The notes beneath the pieces were generated by a model. That model was not told the DNA's origin and searched no databases. It saw only the letters and a list, made by a program, of their open reading frames with translations. Below, piece by piece: positions 40,330 through 50,261 of a stretch of DNA of 64,000 nt (positions within the stretch are counted from its first letter, which is position 1; each line of letters begins with the position of its first letter). The stretch is from positions 143,814 through 207,813 of IMG/VR virus record IMGVR_UViG_3300042302_000394, one strand, 5' to 3'. The position numbers and the translations under genes are program-made.

Positions 40330-40438
40330 ACTTTAATTTCAATATTTTTTTCAAGACTAGGAACCCTAAATATAGCATCTATTTACTGAGAGATCAAATG
40401 TTGTTAATATAACAGTATTTTATTTAATAAATACCGCT

Positions 40439-42403
40439 ATGCCTGATAGATCTATACAATTACTAACTGATGTTTTTCCAAATTCAACTACAAATCATGG
40501 TAATTTGAACAATCCCGATATAATACTAGTCCAGGCACCTGGATGGGGAGTGCAAACAGCTCCGCTTTCTTTAGCATCACTTTCAGCCTATGTTCGGCAG
40601 AAAGGATACAAGATTTTACCATTAGATTTAAATGTTGAATTTTTTGCTATTAGACCTGAGAAATTTTCCATAATGTGGGACATAGATCAATCTCAGTGGT
40701 TTTGGGAATCTAAAGACTGCGTTAATGACCTGTTAACCGAATACAAAAAAGAAATTGATGACTTTGTCGAGTTAGTGGTGTCGACTAATACACCATTAGT
40801 TGGATTTAGTTTATACAACACTTCAATGCATACTTCGATGCATCTTATCAAACTGCTCAAAGCACGTAAGCCTGAGCTAAAGATTATTGTCGGTGGTCCT
40901 CATGCCCACCGATATCTAGCTGGTAATGTTTTGGCAAAAAATCCGTTAATAGATGCAGTCGCCCAGGCTGAGGGAGAAGAAACATTAGTAGACATAATTG
41001 AGCGTGTTCGAAAAAATCAATCATTGCTCGATTGCCCTGGATTGTTAGTGTTTAAAGACGGAGCAGTACATGCTACTCCAACAAGGCCAATGATTCCAAA
41101 AATCGACACTCTTCCGATACCCCACTACAGTGATTTTTCATTAGCTCCTTACCTATCCCCAACACGATTACCAATGGCGTCTAGTCGAGGGTGTCCTAAT
41201 AAATGTATATTCTGTAATGAGCAACCTTATTGGGAATCATATCGATTTCGGTCTGCAGAAAGCATGATTGAAGAAGTTAAGTACCAATTAAAATTATATC
41301 CTGAAATTGACTTTATTGACTTTCAAGATAGTTTATGTAACGGGAAGATAAGCGCAATTGAAAAGTTTGCCGAATACCTCATTGAAAATAAAATTAAAAT
41401 ACAATGGGCCGGACAGGCAGTTATTAGAAAAGAAATGACCGAAGAACTGATGATAAAATTAAAACAGTCCGGATGTGTGGTCATGGCCTACGGATTAGAA
41501 ACTCCAAACCCTACACTTATGAGGAGTGTAGGAAAGTTATTATCAAAAGGTGCCGATATTGATAAAATTGCTGAATCTCATGCAAGGACCGGACTTAATG
41601 CAGTTTACAATGTCATGTTTGGGTTACCGGGAGAAACTGAAGAAGATTCATTAATGGTCTTAGAGTTTTTAAGACGTAATTCAAAAAATAAATTATATGT
41701 AAATCCCAGTGCAGCATTTTGCGGATTTGCTAACGGAACTCCTGGATGGGAGAACGCAGAAAAATTCGGTATTGACAAAACACTCGGCGGAACTTTTTGG
41801 AAAAGTGTAGATGGTAATAACACATTCCTAGTTCGATTAAAAAGATTTGAAGATTTTTGTCGATTAGTTTCCGACTTAGGTATAAAAACCACTTATCCGT
41901 CGACATATCTTCTCAATAGAAATCAAGTCATTGCCCAATATTATATTGCAATAGGTCAACCAGAAAAAGCAATATACTATTACACAGAATGGGTTAAAGA
42001 TCATCCCGAAGATCAAATAGCTAAAAAGTTTTTATTCGAATATTCAGGTTTCTTAAAAAGTACCCCAAGTTCAAATGTTTATGCAATTAGCCGGCATTCG
42101 GATGAGAATTGGTTAAATGGTGTTGCTAGAAATTGGGGGCCTGCAATATTATTTTCACATGTTCCTTACATTTTAGAAGAATTAACAGTTGGTAAAATTG
42201 TACAGTTTTCAGATCTTCAAACAAGAAAAATAATTAGAGTTGAAGATAATTTTGAAAATGATTGTATTGTAATACACCTCGACGGCACTCATTTAGATGG
42301 AGATCAAGTTGGTTGGCCAAAACTAATAACTGTTTTAGAGGAGCCTAGCAAAGTTATCCCTATTAAGATAGTTAATTACACAGAAATAGATTTTAAAAAA
42401 TGA
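40439..42403 (+). CDS. Cobalamin-binding radical SAM enzyme (class B methyltransferase-like) with C-terminal extension
   Basis: PLSLASL...D.N, VGGPH, EGEE, SRGCPNKCIFC, YGLET, MFGLPGET. Confidence 0.9.
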   Translation: MPDRSIQLLTDVFPNSTTNHGNLNNPDIILVQAPGWGVQTAPLSLASLSAYVRQKGYKILPLDLNVEFFAIRPEKFSIMWDIDQSQWFWESKDCVNDLLTEYKKEIDDFVELVVSTNTPLVGFSLYNTSMHTSMHLIKLLKARKPELKIIVGGPHAHRYLAGNVLAKNPLIDAVAQAEGEETLVDIIERVRKNQSLLDCPGLLVFKDGAVHATPTRPMIPKIDTLPIPHYSDFSLAPYLSPTRLPMASSRGCPNKCIFCNEQPYWESYRFRSAESMIEEVKYQLKLYPEIDFIDFQDSLCNGKISAIEKFAEYLIENKIKIQWAGQAVIRKEMTEELMIKLKQSGCVVMAYGLETPNPTLMRSVGKLLSKGADIDKIAESHARTGLNAVYNVMFGLPGETEEDSLMVLEFLRRNSKNKLYVNPSAAFCGFANGTPGWENAEKFGIDKTLGGTFWKSVDGNNTFLVRLKRFEDFCRLVSDLGIKTTYPSTYLLNRNQVIAQYYIAIGQPEKAIYYYTEWVKDHPEDQIAKKFLFEYSGFLKSTPSSNVYAISRHSDENWLNGVARNWGPAILFSHVPYILEELTVGKIVQFSDLQTRKIIRVEDNFENDCIVIHLDGTHLDGDQVGWPKLITVLEEPSKVIPIKIVNYTEIDFKK

Positions 42404-43182
42404 AAAGTTTTTTAAATCAATATAATGTTATATCTGAAGATATACCAGGGTCCTTACAATTTCCCAGTGCATTAGTATGGGACTCGTTATTAGGTTATCA
42501 AACCGAAAATAAAGTTGTGCGTAATTTTTTAGAAATAGGTGTATTACATGGAAAGTCTGCAATGCTAAGTGGGCTATATGCACAGGCCAACAACACACAG
42601 CAGGTGATTGTAGATCCCGGTGAATGGATGGACACAACTTATTCAAATTTACTATCAAAGATTGAGGGATTAAATCTAAGATTAATAAATGATTATTCTA
42701 ACAGTTTGGTGCATTTTCATTATTCTATTTTTCAAGAACATTCTCGCGATTATTCATGGTTTCATATTGATGGCGATCATAGTTATGCACAATGCTATAA
42801 AGATTTAATTTTAGCTGATCATTTTTTGTCTGACTATGGAGTTGTTATTGTTGATGATTTCTTTTCAACCATGTTTCCTCAGGTTACAGCTAGCACTTTT
42901 TCATATTTAGAAAAACATCCATTAAATTTAAAAATGTTTTTAGTTGGTCAATGTAATAAAGCATATCTATGCAGACCGCCAGCATTTGATTTTTATAAAA
43001 CGTTTTGCATAGATGTATTATCTAAAGATATGAAAGACCGAAAATATCCTGTAACTATAACTAAAACAACTTATCCTCAGGATTTTGATTGTTACGGGTA
43101 TCAACCCATAGGATGGACTGATGACAGAATGGAGTTTCGTGGTCCGGACTGGGATAGAACTAATTTTATAAAATATACCTAA
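42400..43182 (+). CDS. Class I SAM methyltransferase (Methyltransf_24-like)
   Basis: LEIGVLHGKS...HIDGDHSY...D...L...GV..VDD. Confidence 0.85.
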   Translation: MKSFLNQYNVISEDIPGSLQFPSALVWDSLLGYQTENKVVRNFLEIGVLHGKSAMLSGLYAQANNTQQVIVDPGEWMDTTYSNLLSKIEGLNLRLINDYSNSLVHFHYSIFQEHSRDYSWFHIDGDHSYAQCYKDLILADHFLSDYGVVIVDDFFSTMFPQVTASTFSYLEKHPLNLKMFLVGQCNKAYLCRPPAFDFYKTFCIDVLSKDMKDRKYPVTITKTTYPQDFDCYGYQPIGWTDDRMEFRGPDWDRTNFIKYT

Positions 43183-43185
43183 CAG

Positions 43186-44421
43186 TTAATTTTTCCACCA
43201 CGGCAAATATTTTTCTGTATTGTGATTTCGATAAGCATCCATCTTTTTTATTATCGAAACACTGTTTTTAAAATTTATATCTGACTCAGGTGTTCCGATT
43301 AAAAATGTAATCATTGCACTCAATATGTTAGCCTTTTCTTTAACTGCATCTTTTTCAAGTAGTTCTCTATTGTTTTCAAACCAGGTTGCAATTTCTTGAT
43401 ACACTGTATTTTTATAAGCTGTTGGTAAATTACTCGGGGATGCATAGCTTGGATCGTAGATATAATTTATGTGAGGAAAGTTTAAAATATTCTTTCCTTC
43501 CAACCTCACAATATAATCTAACAATTCTGTAAATTTATGTGTATTAAAAATAGAAAACACAGTGTGAAACTCGATACCAATATTTTCGTTTTCATTCGAA
43601 TATTGAACTATGCTATCAATATTATCTTTAACAATGTTCCATTTTCCAGGATATCTAATATATTCGTACATATCAGCAACAGCATCAATACTTACTTTAA
43701 TAGTCATAGTCTTAAAATGGCTCCAGATGTCAAACCATTTTGACGGTGTCACAGTTAAATTTGTATGTATAGATAAGTCAACCTGTTTAGATAAACCTGA
43801 ACTAATTAGTTCTTTACAAAATGTATAAAAATCGTTGTTGATTAATGGTTCACCACCGGTTACTAATATCTGCACTAATCCGTCAGTCTTTACTAGGTCA
43901 AGGATATGTTTAATTTGATCATAGTTCCATTGAGCTTTATAATCACTTTCTTTTTCACCCCATGGTTTAATGTTGAGGAATTTAAATTCTTTTATTAGTT
44001 GATCGCTAGCTCCCGGGGTACACATCTTGCATTGTAGATTACACTTATTCGACCAACTTAAATCTAAGTAATTTACATCAACAGATTCTAACTTGCCCGT
44101 ATGCATTTCAGTGTTTGTTATAATATCTTCAATCGGCCATCTCTTTACAAACCAATTTCTAACACTTTCACCCCCATTGTCCTCAACATTATAACAATGC
44201 TGGCACTCGGCCACCCGCTCGCCGTCTATCATTTTCTTTCTTATATTTTTTAATTGATCAATATTGTAAAATTCAATCAAACTTGTTATCTCATTTATTT
44301 TTACAAACTTGCCATCTTTCTTTAATCTTCCTGCATTAGTAGAATTACAACAAAGACGCATATTGCCATCAGTGTGTGTAGAAAAATGATTCCATGCTAA
44401 CGGGCAATATGTCTTAGTCAT
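43186..44421 (-). CDS. Radical SAM protein with N-terminal SPASM/twitch-like Cys cluster
   Basis: CPLAW...CC...CQHCY; NKCNLQCKMC; TGGEP. Confidence 0.9.
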   Translation of the reverse strand: MTKTYCPLAWNHFSTHTDGNMRLCCNSTNAGRLKKDGKFVKINEITSLIEFYNIDQLKNIRKKMIDGERVAECQHCYNVEDNGGESVRNWFVKRWPIEDIITNTEMHTGKLESVDVNYLDLSWSNKCNLQCKMCTPGASDQLIKEFKFLNIKPWGEKESDYKAQWNYDQIKHILDLVKTDGLVQILVTGGEPLINNDFYTFCKELISSGLSKQVDLSIHTNLTVTPSKWFDIWSHFKTMTIKVSIDAVADMYEYIRYPGKWNIVKDNIDSIVQYSNENENIGIEFHTVFSIFNTHKFTELLDYIVRLEGKNILNFPHINYIYDPSYASPSNLPTAYKNTVYQEIATWFENNRELLEKDAVKEKANILSAMITFLIGTPESDINFKNSVSIIKKMDAYRNHNTEKYLPWWKN

Positions 44422-45763
44422 GTTTAAAAGCATCTTTCAAGTCTGGAATATAATCGCCGATTGAAATTCCTCTATGGTCATCAAGTATTTTAATTCTATG
44501 TTTGAATACCTTAAACAGTTTCGGATTGTCAGGCTTGGTTAATTCATTTAATAACAAGTGTATCTTTCCATCTAGTCCGGGAAAATCTTTAATGACTTGA
44601 CTATTTTCTAGATATGCTGTTAATCTCTGTGTAGCTAAATCTTTCAGAGACTGTGGTAACATTGATATTTGTTGTTCCATCGGAAACATAATTAAGTTGA
44701 TGTTATATGGCCACTCTTTAAAGTATGGATGCACTTTGGCCTGTTCTTCTATAAAATATAATAGGCTATCTAAGTTAACAATGTTCAATGAGCTAACGGT
44801 GATATTATTCAATATCTTAACATTGCTGTGTTTCATATAACTCTTTGCTTCAATGTAATTCTTTGATACCTGGCGCCATTTACTAGGATATCTAGCATAA
44901 TCGTTGACTTTATCAAACCCGTCAATACTGGCAATGAGTTCAAACTTTTTAAACTTAGGCATTAACTCTAAAAAGTTTTTATTTAGGTTTGTAAAGTTAC
45001 TGGACAAAAATACAGTAATATTTTTAGCATGATCATTGTCTACAACATATTGCAGTGCCTTTAACACAAATGGCATAATTGTAGGTTCACCACCGGCAAA
45101 ACTTAATACTTCTAGTCCAGGTGCTAATTTTGTAAAACTTTCCCATATTTCTTCATTATCAGACCAATCGGGATGTTCGACATCTTTCCATGTTTTATTA
45201 TGTTCAGTGATTCCAAACACACTGGAAATTTCAATAAATCTTCCATCTAATACTTTGATGCCACCAAATTTATTATTAAGTTCACCTAACTCTTTAGCAA
45301 TCTGACTACTGTCGTAACTGTTGCACATGACACATTTAAGGTTGCACAAATTACTAGGCTTTAATTCTAAATATGTTGGTTGGTGTAACACTTCGTAACT
45401 GTTGTTTATGCTGTTGGCAACTATCTCTAATGTTTTTCGATTATTTTTATAATCTTCAATTGACCGTGTACGCATACTAACGTCGCCGTCTCGAATGCAA
45501 CGCCTGCAAGCATCAGGAGTATCTCCTGTATGTAATTTTTTTCTTAAATCAACAAGGTGTTCGCTGTTCCACGCATCACTAAAATTATCCCCGGATAAAA
45601 TGCTAATGATATCTCCGTTCGGGTGTGTCATTGTTCCTACATAATTACAACACGGTTTAAGGTGGCCAGCGGGATTAGAACTTAGTTGTGTAAAAGGATA
45701 AAAACAAAATGTCTCACTTTCAATAATTTCTGTTCTTAATTGATCAATCTTGTCCATATTCAT
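44414..45763 (-). CDS. Radical SAM protein with N-terminal SPASM/twitch-like Cys cluster
   Basis: CFYPF...PCC...CRRC; NLCNLKCVMC; AGGEP. Confidence 0.9.
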   Translation of the reverse strand: MNMDKIDQLRTEIIESETFCFYPFTQLSSNPAGHLKPCCNYVGTMTHPNGDIISILSGDNFSDAWNSEHLVDLRKKLHTGDTPDACRRCIRDGDVSMRTRSIEDYKNNRKTLEIVANSINNSYEVLHQPTYLELKPSNLCNLKCVMCNSYDSSQIAKELGELNNKFGGIKVLDGRFIEISSVFGITEHNKTWKDVEHPDWSDNEEIWESFTKLAPGLEVLSFAGGEPTIMPFVLKALQYVVDNDHAKNITVFLSSNFTNLNKNFLELMPKFKKFELIASIDGFDKVNDYARYPSKWRQVSKNYIEAKSYMKHSNVKILNNITVSSLNIVNLDSLLYFIEEQAKVHPYFKEWPYNINLIMFPMEQQISMLPQSLKDLATQRLTAYLENSQVIKDFPGLDGKIHLLLNELTKPDNPKLFKVFKHRIKILDDHRGISIGDYIPDLKDAFKHD

Positions 45764-48689
45764 TATTCCTTGTTGCTTCTAACACTAATTTCATTTCTGG
45801 TATGATTTCATAAGTATTCTCACCTCTTAACTTATCCAATTGTTCCGTCACTGTTACAAATTTCTTTGCTGATGTTAAATCAAATGGTTTTTTTAATTCA
45901 TGTATGATATGTGTTAAAAGATGATCTATGCTTGTATTATATGTTTCGTTGTGCTCTTTGACAAAAGTTTCTAATTTAATTACAGTCTCTGCACGATAAT
46001 CATCGGGTAGAATACTAACATGATAATGTGAAGGATGTTCTAACAAATTGATGAAGAAATTATTGTAATTAATAAATTTGGTTTTAGGATGTTGACGTAT
46101 AACTCCTATTGAAATCAAATGTTTAATAATTTCAGGAAATCTGCCAACATTCCAAGCACCTACAGTAATACCCGGGCGTATGATAGCATTATCTAATGTC
46201 ATCAATTCTTTTAGATTTGACTCAACCTTAGACCATACAGTGCCGGCTCGAATGAGTTCTGCACGTTCTCCAACTTCATCGATACTGGGCCATATTTCTA
46301 ATTTGCCAAAGTTCCATCGCCGCCAGTAGTCAATAACATTTTTCTTATTATAAGATAACACTGATGCATTTGTGTTATATGATAGTTTAACATCAAATCG
46401 TTGTTTTTCTACCAACATTTCTAAAATTTGCCAGTGTTCAGGCATGAGTAGAGGTTCGCCTCCAGCAAAGTAAATTCTTTCCACATGGTTAATTTGATCT
46501 TTTAGAAAATCAAAGTTATTCTTATCATCTACTGATTCGATGCTCCATATTTTTTCTTGATCAGTGAGGCCTAATTTTTTAGCATCCGGCACCCATGCTG
46601 AACTGTAACGTGGTCCGCAACTACGACATTTAAAATTGCAAAGATTACTAAAACGGAAATCCCAATACTTCAACTCCATAGTAGTGCATGTTCCGTCTGC
46701 TAGTGTAATTTCTGGAATTTTTTTTACTACCTCTGGAAAGTCTCTATTGTGATAGAAACGACCACTTTCACCAGTGACCCGTTCTCTATCAAAACATTTA
46801 CGGCATATTTCGGGCTCTTTGCCCCCTATCATATCTTTTCTTAAAGATTTCATATTGCCGCTGTTCCAAATTTCTTCAATGCTCTGATGTGTTAGATCAC
46901 CAGCAAAATAATTATGTACAGAGGTTAGGCAACACGGAATTACTTTTCCACTAGGTTCAAATGCAAGATGCATCCAGGGCACTGCACATATTGTGGTTGT
47001 ATTTGTTGCAACTGCAACTACATCTTCTTTTTTGACAATTTTAATAGGTTTGTAATCGAAGGCAGTTATTTTTTTTGAGTTGAACATTGTGAGTAACCAG
47101 GACCTGTTATTTATTTGTTGTAATGTTGGTGTATTTTTATTTGCATCAAAGAACTCTTTAGCAGAATGTACAGCAGATAATGCATAATTACCGAACGGCC
47201 TATCTACTCCCAGAGTCTCCCATGCTGCCAATCTATCAATAGCTTCAGCATTATCGGGATCTTGTGCAATGGTATTGCATAACTTAATTGTTTCCCTAAA
47301 TGCACTTCGCCATGTGGCAAACTCGTCTGTGTTAAATGTTGTAATGTTACTGACTTTATCGAAGACTTTTAATTTAGGAACAATAGTCGTCAGTAGGTCT
47401 AATGTTTTCCAAACTTTGATTTTGCCAAATGCCCGCTTAGGGAATAATTTAACGCCACCGTAACCATATTCTAAATCATTAACAGGATTCTTACTGTGCC
47501 AGACGTATGTACAGTCTCTATCAAATATCTCTGGTTGGTAGTCGAACTGCCAGTCATCGACTAAGTAAGCATCACCGTCGACTACATAGAACATGTCAGT
47601 CTTGGATAACTTAGCCGCTGCCTTATGTGCCTCAAAGATACCAGTAACACCATCCACACGTTTGGCATGTGGTGCTTTTTCTAAAACACGCTGCCAATTC
47701 TCTTCTGCATTAGATTCATGGTAACTAATAAAGATTACATCCAGTGTTTCGGCAATCAGAGGAGTAACTGTTCCTATTTCTTTAACACCCACAATCTCTG
47801 CACTGGGAGTAATTTTCAAAGCCCAAATCTTCTCCCCGTTTATTTCTTTGTCTAGATACCATATATGTTCATAGGCTAGATCGTGCCAAGGAATGTCGTA
47901 ATCTAAATCAAAACGCATTTCTGGTAGGCTAGGATTTTGTTCAATTTTAAACTCAGGACTAACTGTGCCTAACCATTCCCATTTAGAAGTTTTTTTACGT
48001 TTAGGTTCAAACTTAATCAACCAAGTACCTGGTTTTGGACTGTAGTTAGGATCCAGCTCAAGTGCAGTAACGTAATCCAGAAACCAAAATGGCGGATAAC
48101 ATTCGTTGACATCGATGAGTAGTTTAGGAAGATCAGGATTCCATGTAACTCGCATTTCAGGCATAACGTATCCCATGTCTTTCTCGCCTTTAACGTTGGC
48201 GCCAGGCACCTCACAAGTAAATGCCCATATTTTATCTTCTAAAGGATTGACTCTAGGATCAATGTACCAAACTAACGTATAGTCAGCATCGTCTTGATTA
48301 TATACATAACTTTCTATAGGATTAAATTCAAATGTAATAGAACTTGCTATTGCAGAATTCTTTTTCCAGATAGGCGTTTTTGCCCACATGTGATTCTTTG
48401 GTACTTCTATTTCATGTGTTTCATATCCAGCATATGGGTGCCACCCATCTTTAAACAGTTTGGCTACCCACTCACCTTTGTATGTCCAAACTAGACATTT
48501 TCTTGTTTTAGGCACATCATTTACAAAGTTCAAGACACTAGAATGTCTTGCATAAGGATTTATCACTAAGAATTCAGTATCGCCTTCACCTAAGTTGTAT
48601 AATTGTTGGTCATAATAAAACTCATCCCCTCCCCAGGGGATTTCTTTGATTAGGTCTGTATTGATTTTGGGGTATTGATCTAGAAGCAT
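45744..48689 (-). CDS. Fusion of aromatic-rich repeats, a glycosyltransferase-like (DxD) domain and a twitch radical SAM domain
   Basis: DVIFISY.E..AEENW...AHKAAA...YVVDGD...YGYGGVKL; then CAVPW...PCC...CRKC, NLCNFKCRSC, AGGEP. Confidence 0.85.
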   Translation of the reverse strand: MLLDQYPKINTDLIKEIPWGGDEFYYDQQLYNLGEGDTEFLVINPYARHSSVLNFVNDVPKTRKCLVWTYKGEWVAKLFKDGWHPYAGYETHEIEVPKNHMWAKTPIWKKNSAIASSITFEFNPIESYVYNQDDADYTLVWYIDPRVNPLEDKIWAFTCEVPGANVKGEKDMGYVMPEMRVTWNPDLPKLLIDVNECYPPFWFLDYVTALELDPNYSPKPGTWLIKFEPKRKKTSKWEWLGTVSPEFKIEQNPSLPEMRFDLDYDIPWHDLAYEHIWYLDKEINGEKIWALKITPSAEIVGVKEIGTVTPLIAETLDVIFISYHESNAEENWQRVLEKAPHAKRVDGVTGIFEAHKAAAKLSKTDMFYVVDGDAYLVDDWQFDYQPEIFDRDCTYVWHSKNPVNDLEYGYGGVKLFPKRAFGKIKVWKTLDLLTTIVPKLKVFDKVSNITTFNTDEFATWRSAFRETIKLCNTIAQDPDNAEAIDRLAAWETLGVDRPFGNYALSAVHSAKEFFDANKNTPTLQQINNRSWLLTMFNSKKITAFDYKPIKIVKKEDVVAVATNTTTICAVPWMHLAFEPSGKVIPCCLTSVHNYFAGDLTHQSIEEIWNSGNMKSLRKDMIGGKEPEICRKCFDRERVTGESGRFYHNRDFPEVVKKIPEITLADGTCTTMELKYWDFRFSNLCNFKCRSCGPRYSSAWVPDAKKLGLTDQEKIWSIESVDDKNNFDFLKDQINHVERIYFAGGEPLLMPEHWQILEMLVEKQRFDVKLSYNTNASVLSYNKKNVIDYWRRWNFGKLEIWPSIDEVGERAELIRAGTVWSKVESNLKELMTLDNAIIRPGITVGAWNVGRFPEIIKHLISIGVIRQHPKTKFINYNNFFINLLEHPSHYHVSILPDDYRAETVIKLETFVKEHNETYNTSIDHLLTHIIHELKKPFDLTSAKKFVTVTEQLDKLRGENTYEIIPEMKLVLEATRNNEYGQD

Positions 48690-48728
48690 TACTACTAATT
48701 ATCTTAGTAGAGAATGCTTCCGAATCTT

Positions 48729-50258
48729 TTAGAAACTCTTAGGCAGCGACACAATGCTGGTCAGTACTGTACCCGAATTGTCAAATCCTATAAATTTACG
48801 TGTCACTGTTCCATCAAGTATAGCGCCGGAGTCTAACTGGTAATACCTAGGCGGAGTATCAACATTCGAATAATAATGGAATGCTCTAGTTAGATTTTTT
48901 AGTGTTGTATCAAAATCACTGTTAAGATCCGATATGTCCCTCAACTGATTTAATGAAACATTAACGTTTCCGTTGCCGTCGTCATTGACAATGAACATAG
49001 ATCCTACAGAAGATTCTAAACCAAAAGATGTTTCGTAGTCCAATCCTGGTGTACTCTTTACCTTATACAGTGGCAGGCCGTCACTATTTGTGGCGCTACT
49101 GAGATGCTGTACAGGTCCAGTAGACGATAACGGGAATCTATATACAGTGGCCCATCCACTATACGGATAGTCTGTAGCTGTGGCAAGATAGCCCAATGTG
49201 CTGGTTGCTGTAAAGACTTGACCACCAGCACCATATAAATCTGTGCCATCTCCACCTGTACCTACACCTATGGTAAGAACTTTAACTTGATCAATCTTGT
49301 CGTAACTCATTCCTATAACACTGTTATACGGTGCAGCAGGACTTACCCAATAACCCAAGGATTCAAATCTCGAAAGGTCAATAGCTACATTAACTATGTT
49401 AGTGACTGTGACTACAGAGTTAATTCCAACACCGCCTTCAGATGCAATAGTTACATTGTTAGTATAGGTTCCGGGTGTGTTGTTTAGCTCTAGCACACGC
49501 AATCTTACAGTAAAGGTATTGTTGGCTTTATCAACGATGCTCCATCCTGGGTTGTTGTTTCCAAACGATGTAGTAAAATCTAATAGTACATCTGGCTGAT
49601 CAATTAGATCATATACGGGCATAATTTCAAAACTTTGACGTACTTGTTCTCCTAGCTGTGTTGCCGTGGTAGTTGCAGTGATGGGACTTACACGCATACT
49701 AAAGGTACGTTCTACATTTTGAAATGTAGGTATCTTATAGTTTACAGCATCAAAATCAGAAACAATATTTAAGAAATTAGAATATTGACCTACTTCAGTT
49801 CCATAATAAGAGATAATAAAGTTTTGACTGCCGCCCGGAGGGATAACAAAGGAACTGGTAGTATGAAATATTGGAAAGACTCCGTTAGGAAAAGATCGTT
49901 TAATACCATTACCATCAGTGTCTCCTACGGTCAAAGGAGTATTTCCGTCATTATGTAGGGTAAGAGTCTGTCGTGTAGCAGTACTGTACCATTTTAACAA
50001 ATCTGCCCAGTTAGTTGGATTTTGCAAAACAAGATCTGTGGTACTGGTCGAAGCTGGTGGAAATACAAAGGTAGGAACGGGATTAGGTGTTACTCGTAAT
50101 ATCTTTGTTTGAGTAACAGCCGTAGGTGCCCTCTTAACTGGTTCCCATAGATATTTCAGTGTCTCTAATGTTGGAACTGGGCCTTTAACAGCGCCACCAG
50201 ATATTCTAAATCCGAGTGAACTGGTAATTCTTAGATTAGTATCAAAATTATTTGCCAT
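48729..50258 (-). CDS. Virion protein with Ig-like domains
   Basis: T/S/N-rich beta protein; LTLHNDGNTPLTV motif. Confidence 0.6.
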   Translation of the reverse strand: MANNFDTNLRITSSLGFRISGGAVKGPVPTLETLKYLWEPVKRAPTAVTQTKILRVTPNPVPTFVFPPASTSTTDLVLQNPTNWADLLKWYSTATRQTLTLHNDGNTPLTVGDTDGNGIKRSFPNGVFPIFHTTSSFVIPPGGSQNFIISYYGTEVGQYSNFLNIVSDFDAVNYKIPTFQNVERTFSMRVSPITATTTATQLGEQVRQSFEIMPVYDLIDQPDVLLDFTTSFGNNNPGWSIVDKANNTFTVRLRVLELNNTPGTYTNNVTIASEGGVGINSVVTVTNIVNVAIDLSRFESLGYWVSPAAPYNSVIGMSYDKIDQVKVLTIGVGTGGDGTDLYGAGGQVFTATSTLGYLATATDYPYSGWATVYRFPLSSTGPVQHLSSATNSDGLPLYKVKSTPGLDYETSFGLESSVGSMFIVNDDGNGNVNVSLNQLRDISDLNSDFDTTLKNLTRAFHYYSNVDTPPRYYQLDSGAILDGTVTRKFIGFDNSGTVLTSIVSLPKSF

Positions 50259-50261
50259 GAC

